This document shows, piece by piece, positions 58,641-64,000 of a stretch of 64,000 bases of DNA. Source of the stretch: an uncultured candidate division Zixibacteria bacterium (lineage in GTDB: Bacteria > Zixibacteria > MSB-5A5 > UBA10806 > 4484-95). The stretch is from assembly GCA_963668625.2 (NCBI GenBank), contig CAXXKA010000004.1, positions 96,001 through 160,000 on the forward strand, written 5' to 3'. Every line of letters starts with the position of its first letter. Position 1 is the stretch's first letter. The notes beneath the pieces were generated by a model. The model ran no database searches and was not told the DNA's origin. It saw only the letters and a list, made by a program, of their open reading frames with translations. Position numbers and translations under genes: made by a program.

Positions 58641-59471
58641 TCAGGCCTTCGACACTTTCTGTAAAGCAGAGGCTACCATCTCTTTTACCGAATTGAAAAA
58701 TACCGGTTTACGATAGACTTTCTCTATACCGAATAGCTTCTGGAGGTTCTCCATCTCTTTATCGAAATAGCCTGAGATTAATGCTACGAAAACATTGGGG
58801 TATTTATTATGAAGCCCGCGAACGAGGTCGAATCCGTTTTTACCGGGCATGATAACATCCGAGATGACCATGAGATATTTATCGGGATCGTACCTGGCCA
58901 ATGCCTCATCAACATCAGCGACAATATCCGGCACGAAACCGATTTGCTCGACATAATTGCCGACAAGCGTAGCTACCTCGGGTTGATCATCAACGATCAG
59001 TATCAGTTTGGGAATATGCCTGCCGTGCTCCTCCGGCTCTATTTGTGGCGGCGCGGCAGCGGGCTCCGCTTTCTTCACGGGTTTCGGGGCTGCTTTCTTT
59101 TCGGCAACAACGGCAGCCGCCGGCGGCACGTATTTATCGAAATCACGAATAACATTTACGACTTTGCCGTCTTTATAATCATTATCAACAAACACCATAA
59201 GATGTTTTTTGTAATGAGCCCCCAGATCGGATTCATTATCATCCATTTCGAGAGCCTGCTTCAACCGTTTAATACGGTGAAGGTTCTCCTCATCATGAGT
59301 TAGTACCGCCCAGATATGTTTCATACTCTGGGCAAGTTCGAACTCGATATGGCTGGATGTGATATCGTTATTATCTTTCTCGACATGACCTATCAATATT
59401 GCTTCATACCAATCAGCCTTTATTGCCTGGCTTTTTTCAACGTTGATTTTCTGAGTATTCGGCAGAGCCAT
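58641..59471 (-). CDS. Response regulator with unknown N-terminal domain and C-terminal REC
   Basis: LIVDDQ, ISDVIMPG, LISGY, RKP; Pro/Ala/Lys linker. Confidence 0.8.
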   Translation of the reverse strand: MALPNTQKINVEKSQAIKADWYEAILIGHVEKDNNDITSSHIEFELAQSMKHIWAVLTHDEENLHRIKRLKQALEMDDNESDLGAHYKKHLMVFVDNDYKDGKVVNVIRDFDKYVPPAAAVVAEKKAAPKPVKKAEPAAAPPQIEPEEHGRHIPKLILIVDDQPEVATLVGNYVEQIGFVPDIVADVDEALARYDPDKYLMVISDVIMPGKNGFDLVRGLHNKYPNVFVALISGYFDKEMENLQKLFGIEKVYRKPVFFNSVKEMVASALQKVSKA

Positions 59472-59536
59472 TTCAGTAATACCCCGAATCGGTTAAATTG
59501 AGTACCCGCGCGTATAACATCGACCTTCGTATATGT

Positions 59537-59563
59537 TAATCGGCATCAATAAATAAAGGATTA
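59537..59563 (-). promoter_or_regulatory. Putative sigma28 promoter
   Basis: TAAT-N15-GCCGATTA. Confidence 0.6.
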
Positions 59564-59665
59564 AATGTTTTTTTCGTTATTTATGGGATGATTCAAGTTG
59601 AAAATGGATTATTATAAGTGCTATTAGACAGGATAATTGGACGATAAGCTGGATTTAGCTGATAC

Positions 59666-60460
59666 CTATCGTGCCCCGATTGGCAATTGATTGTAATAGA
59701 AATTACCGCCCCGGTAAGCATCGTCGATATAATTACCGGCTATGCCGAGACTGATATGCTGGATATTATAGCCAACCCCGATCTGGAATCTACCATCAGT
59801 CAAATACTGCGCGGCCAGGCGGAGTTTACTGTCTATGGTGAACTCCATCCGCAACTTCGCCCGGACATCCTCCAATTGCTCGTTCTCCCGCATCCAGGCA
59901 TCCGCCGACACCCTCAGCTTGAGATTATTGGCTTTGATTCCTATGCCAACCACATACAAGCGCTTAACCTGGTAGCCATCGAATTTGGGCTGGTTGATAT
60001 CATCCACCACGGCCGCCAGATTGACAAAGGGCATGGGTGTATACAGCGTACCCAATTTCCAGATCTGCTTATCCTTGTACATTTCATTGCCATTGAAATA
60101 AGCGATCGATAAACCCCAGTAGAAATTTGGGAATAGAAGCTTACTGCCGGCGAACAGGAATTTACGCCGGAAAACACCATTGGTATGATTAAGCCATTGC
60201 ACCGAAAGCAGTGTGCCCCTGGTTGCCAGCATGAAACCATCATCGCCTTTGATAGTGGAGTCGGTGGTGGCGTGCATATAGCGGAGGGCCATCATGGGGC
60301 CGTTTGCCAGGTTAGCGGGATTGAAAAATCCGACCGAGATATCATCCCCGGTAGCGATAGACTGGCTGAACACATCCATATCGGAGTCGATATCGCCCTG
60401 GGCGAATATGGAGGGAGCGAGTAATAGGATCAGGCAAACCATGACAAACAGGTATTTCAT
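59666..60460 (-). CDS. Probable outer-membrane beta-barrel (PorV/FadL-like N-terminal motif)
   Basis: Signal peptide, ATGDDISVGFFNPANLA motif, amphipathic strands. Confidence 0.5.
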   Translation of the reverse strand: MKYLFVMVCLILLLAPSIFAQGDIDSDMDVFSQSIATGDDISVGFFNPANLANGPMMALRYMHATTDSTIKGDDGFMLATRGTLLSVQWLNHTNGVFRRKFLFAGSKLLFPNFYWGLSIAYFNGNEMYKDKQIWKLGTLYTPMPFVNLAAVVDDINQPKFDGYQVKRLYVVGIGIKANNLKLRVSADAWMRENEQLEDVRAKLRMEFTIDSKLRLAAQYLTDGRFQIGVGYNIQHISLGIAGNYIDDAYRGGNFYYNQLPIGAR

Positions 60461-60558
60461 AATGGCTTGTATGATATGCAACAACTATAGTTCCGGGCAA
60501 GCTATTTTTTTATTTTTGTGTATGGGGTGGAAACCAACGAATCTCTCTATCAAAAACC

Positions 60559-60647
60559 GTAGGGGCTGGTCTAAGACCAGACCGGGAGAGCATATAATAG
60601 CTGTACTGCTGAAATTAAACACGGAGCGATCTTAGATCGCCCCCTAA
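60559..60647 (+). repeat. 89 bp GTAG-family REP doublet (REPIN-like), copy 1
   Basis: GTAGGGGCTGGTCTAAGACCAGACC..GGAGCGATCTTAGATCGCCCCCTA. Confidence 0.88.
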
Positions 60648-60940
60648 TTTTCAATTACACTGAGCAGGAAGAAATCCTTTCCTTCCTGCTTTATTCATGC
60701 AGTATGTTGCTGGAAGAGTAATAATAACATGAAAAAACCGATGCCCCATCTCACGGCGAAGCCTGAGGTGGGACAGTATGAATCTGGCAGTCTGCTAATA
60801 TTCCAGCAGTCTGCCCGGCGCGTATATCGATATACCCCTGCTCGCCCTCTCTCTGCTTTCCCCTCTCATTACGAAGCGCTGCTTCGTAATGCTGCTGTTA
60901 GCGGCAGAATAGCACATCTCCACCAGCGCCAACATTTTCC

Positions 60941-61029
60941 GTAGGGGCTGGTCTAAGACCAGACCGCGAGAGCCTACAACAGCTGTACTGCTGAAATTAA
61001 ACACGGAGCGATCTTAGATCGCCCCCTAC
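60941..61029 (+). repeat. 89 bp REP doublet, copy 2 (overlaps the TPR gene stop codon)
   Basis: Near-identical to copies 1 and 3. Confidence 0.88.
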
Positions 61030-63068
61030 TCGCTCTCTCGCTGCTTTCTCTCCGCCTCGATTTCGGCTTTGATCTGGGCCAGTTCGTGGTCGGGGTTGCC
61101 GCCTAGCATTTTGATACCGGAAAACGATTTTAAAGTTCTTTCATTATTAGCACCTAATATTCTATACCATATCTTGAATGCATCAATGAAATATGGTAAT
61201 CCCTTATTAGGTTTCTTTAACATGTTATAACAATAAGCTATATTTTCATTGCTTGTAGCTATAGATGGATGTTCCTCTATAAGCAGTTCTAATTTAATTC
61301 CAAGCGCTTTTTTAAAATAAACCATTGCATTTTCATAATCATCTTTCGAAAAATATATTCCGCCAATATTGTTATAACACGTTGCAACCGATAGATTCTT
61401 TTCTCCAAAAATATTTCTTAATATCGTAAGTGCTTTACTATAATTATATAGAGCTATATCAAAATCACACTGAGTTTTATAAACAATACCTAAATTATTG
61501 TAACTCATAGCTACTTCTGGATGATTTTCACCATAGATTTTTAACCTAATTACATACGCTTTTTTAAAATATTCAAGAGCACCATTGTAATCGCCTTGCA
61601 AAAATAATAAACCGCCGATATTGCCATAAGTTGACGCAACATCTGGATGTCTTTCTCCAAATATCTTAATATTAATAATTATTGCTTTATTAAAATTACC
61701 TAAAGCTTTGTCATAGTTTTCTTTGACCTTTTGAATTGAACCAATATTATTATAACTTGTAGCTACTAATGGATGATATTCTCCAAGCATTTTTTTAGAT
61801 ATGCTAAGCGCCTTAGAATAATAATTATGTGCTTCGTTATATTTTCCTTGCTTCTCTAATATGCCACCGATATTGTTATAACTAATTGCTACCAATGGAT
61901 GTTTTTCTGTAAAGATGGCTCTTAAAATACTAAGAGCTTTGTTAAAAAACTCAAACGCTTTTCTATAATCACCTCTTGTGCTAAAAACGCTGCCAATATT
62001 ATTGTAAGTTGATGCAATATAGTGATAATTCTCACAATTAATTTCAAGCAATATATTAAGAGCTTTTTTATAATAATTCAAAGCACTATCATAATCTGCT
62101 GTTGATTCTAGTATTAAACCTATATTATTATAATCTACTGCTGTTCTAGGGTGCTTATCTCCTTTAACTTTAATATCAATTTTCAATGCTCTATAGAAAT
62201 AATCCAATGCTCTATTATAATCGCTTTTAAGCCGCAATACTTCTCCAATATTATTTAAGAGCATAGAATATTCATCGTCTTGTATTTCCGTTTTATTTTC
62301 TTTTAGAATTAAAGCTTCTCTATAGTATCTCAGTGCATCATCATATAAACCCAATTCATCACTTACTAAGCCAACAAAGTTTAATATCTCAATATCATCC
62401 GGCTTATATTTAACTGCCTCTTTATAACATTCAAGCGCATCCTGATATTTCAACTGATAATAAGCTGAATCACCTTTGGCTTTGTAGGCTAATGCCATCT
62501 CCTTATTACGTTGTTCCTCAAGCTGCCGCCAGGCCGTATCCATCATTTTGATATATTCATCAGCCAGTTTCTCACCATCAACGTATTCGCCAATTGTAAT
62601 TAAAGCAATAGCCTCATCAAGCTCCGCAGATATCGGCAGTTTTTCGCCGGTATCTTTTAAAGCCTGCAAACGTTCTAATAAGCTCTGGGCTTTTTGTTTT
62701 GCTTCCTCGGAAGGTTTCGGCTTATCGAATTCTGAGGCTCCAGACATTTTTGGCGATAGTTCATTGATAATTTCCATCGTTGCCGCACGGATTGAAGCTT
62801 TAATTTCATCTTTAGATTCAATTACTACTTTTTTTGTGTCTTCAATTTCTCTAATAATTAGATTTGAATGAATCTCTATCACTTCTGTGATTTCAGTAAT
62901 AGTAGTAATCCGCGCATTTTTAACATCATACTTTGTAGCATTACCCCTGAGATGTGTATCAATCCCGGCATCCCTGTAAGCCTGCCTCACAGCGCGATCC
63001 ATCAGCAGCTTATAGCCATCCTTTGCGAGGCCGTAAACGCCGGTTACTATTCCGAATATGTCTGCCAA
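61026..63068 (-). CDS. AT-rich tetratricopeptide-repeat protein (42-aa kinesin-light-chain-type TPRs)
   Basis: Repeated HPxVAxSYNNIG..Y..AL.Y..KAL.I units; helical N-terminal domain. Confidence 0.9.
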   Translation of the reverse strand: MADIFGIVTGVYGLAKDGYKLLMDRAVRQAYRDAGIDTHLRGNATKYDVKNARITTITEITEVIEIHSNLIIREIEDTKKVVIESKDEIKASIRAATMEIINELSPKMSGASEFDKPKPSEEAKQKAQSLLERLQALKDTGEKLPISAELDEAIALITIGEYVDGEKLADEYIKMMDTAWRQLEEQRNKEMALAYKAKGDSAYYQLKYQDALECYKEAVKYKPDDIEILNFVGLVSDELGLYDDALRYYREALILKENKTEIQDDEYSMLLNNIGEVLRLKSDYNRALDYFYRALKIDIKVKGDKHPRTAVDYNNIGLILESTADYDSALNYYKKALNILLEINCENYHYIASTYNNIGSVFSTRGDYRKAFEFFNKALSILRAIFTEKHPLVAISYNNIGGILEKQGKYNEAHNYYSKALSISKKMLGEYHPLVATSYNNIGSIQKVKENYDKALGNFNKAIIINIKIFGERHPDVASTYGNIGGLLFLQGDYNGALEYFKKAYVIRLKIYGENHPEVAMSYNNLGIVYKTQCDFDIALYNYSKALTILRNIFGEKNLSVATCYNNIGGIYFSKDDYENAMVYFKKALGIKLELLIEEHPSIATSNENIAYCYNMLKKPNKGLPYFIDAFKIWYRILGANNERTLKSFSGIKMLGGNPDHELAQIKAEIEAERKQRESE

Positions 63069-63171
63069 TTCATTTCCCCCGTACGTATCAAAAGCAGTTT
63101 ATTGATTTACCCCTGTGGTTTTATTATAACACATAGCACATTAACAGGCAAGACAATAGCATAATTCACCC

Positions 63172-63260
63172 GTAGGGGCTGGTCTAAGACCAGACCGGGA
63201 GAGCATATAACAGCTGTACTGCTGAAATTAAACACGGAGCGATCTTAGATCGCCCCCTAC
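63172..63260 (+). repeat. 89 bp REP doublet, copy 3
   Basis: Near-identical to copies 1 and 2. Confidence 0.88.
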
Positions 63261-63280
63261 GTAAGTTAAATAAATATTCC

Positions 63281-64000
63281 CTACGTCCGCTCACCAAGCG
63301 TATCCACCAGACGATGCAAATCCCCGCCGGTCGGATTCTGAAATACCCGCAAATCAAAGCGCGGAATTACCGCCAATATGTGATCGAAAATATCCGCCTG
63401 TATCGCCTCGTAGTTGGCCCATACCTGATCGTTGGAGAAGACATAAATCTGAATCGGCAAACCATGCTCGCCGGGCGCCAGGTGACGGACTAAAAATGTC
63501 ATATCCTGATGCACTTTGGGATGGCTTTTCAGATAGGCAACCACATAGGCCCGGAATGTGCCGAGGTTAGTCATGTTGCGGCCGTTTACCAGTTCGGAGG
63601 TGTCAACTTTATGCTCGGCGTTATATCTGTCTATCTCATCCTTACGGGTCACGAGATAGTCCTTGATCAGATGGATTTTCTTGAAACGTTCCAGCATCTC
63701 CGGGCTAACGAATTTGACCGTGTTCATATCGATATTGATCGCCCGCTTTATCCGCCGTCCCCCCGACTCACTCATGCCCCGCCAGTTTTTGAACGAGTCG
63801 GATATCAGCGTGTATGTCGGGATGGTTGCGATCGTCTTATCCCAGTTCTGCACTTTCACGGTGTGCAAACTGATATCGATAACATCACCATCCGCGCCGT
63901 ATTTCGGCATCTCGATCCAATCACCGATTCGCACCATATCGTTCGAGGATAGCTGCACGCTGGCCACCAGCCCGAGAATCGTATCCTTGAATACCAGGAT
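63281..64000 (-). CDS. MscS-family mechanosensitive channel, YbdG-like (5'-truncated by window edge)
   Basis: GDWIEMPKYGADGDV, VKVQNWDKT, SFKNWRGMSESGGRRIKR, FDLRVFQNP. Confidence 0.92.
   Translation of the reverse strand: MLVFKDTILGLVASVQLSSNDMVRIGDWIEMPKYGADGDVIDISLHTVKVQNWDKTIATIPTYTLISDSFKNWRGMSESGGRRIKRAINIDMNTVKFVSPEMLERFKKIHLIKDYLVTRKDEIDRYNAEHKVDTSELVNGRNMTNLGTFRAYVVAYLKSHPKVHQDMTFLVRHLAPGEHGLPIQIYVFSNDQVWANYEAIQADIFDHILAVIPRFDLRVFQNPTGGDLHRLVDTLGERT

Noticed and set aside
60559-63260. Three 89 bp repeats as a CRISPR array or integron attC sites
   Set aside because: Repeats are too long and spacing (about 290 and 2140 bp) too irregular for CRISPR, with no cas genes; they lack RYYYAAC/GTTRRRY attC ends and there is no integrase; the GTAG hairpin doublet fits REPINs.

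Overview
Bacterial chromosomal window, probably from an FCB-superphylum lineage such as Zixibacteria; this is inferred from the dockerin-rich secreted proteins and a FlgD/T9SS-type C-terminal domain and is not verified. Layout: (1) housekeeping pgk-tpiA-secG-tRNA-Leu(GAG); (2) a ~23 kb block (3.7-25.1 kb) with five large secreted proteins ending in dockerin-like domains (four of them a non-canonical variant), two proteins with cohesin-like domains, an S8 protease, a DUF4139 protein and a MacA/MacB-permease pair, bracketed by two diverged, inverted copies of a ~380 bp non-coding element that have each acquired a different MITE; (3) a complete IS256 with an 8 bp target duplication; (4) an orphan sigma54 activator; (5) an apparent operon of menG/ubiE, six tandem paralogous outer-membrane beta-barrels and a nuclease lipoprotein, interrupted by an IS110 inserted in a Shine-Dalgarno sequence, whose non-coding end contains bridge-RNA-like guides matching both target and donor; (6) a polyprenyl synthase; (7) a ~22 kb signalling/chemotaxis region (multi-GAF hybrid kinases, FlgS/FlgR-like pair, cheB-cheA-cheZ-cheY-cheY-cheR, HEAT protein, RsbU/W/V partner switch) with sigma28-type promoters; (8) a PorV-like barrel, an AT-rich TPR gene flanked by 89 bp REPIN-like repeats and a partial mscS. 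The best candidates for novelty are the non-cellulolytic cohesin-dockerin surface complex, the Shine-Dalgarno-targeting IS110 bridge element and the DDYDNR beta-barrel array. All family calls come from motifs read by eye; no searches were run.
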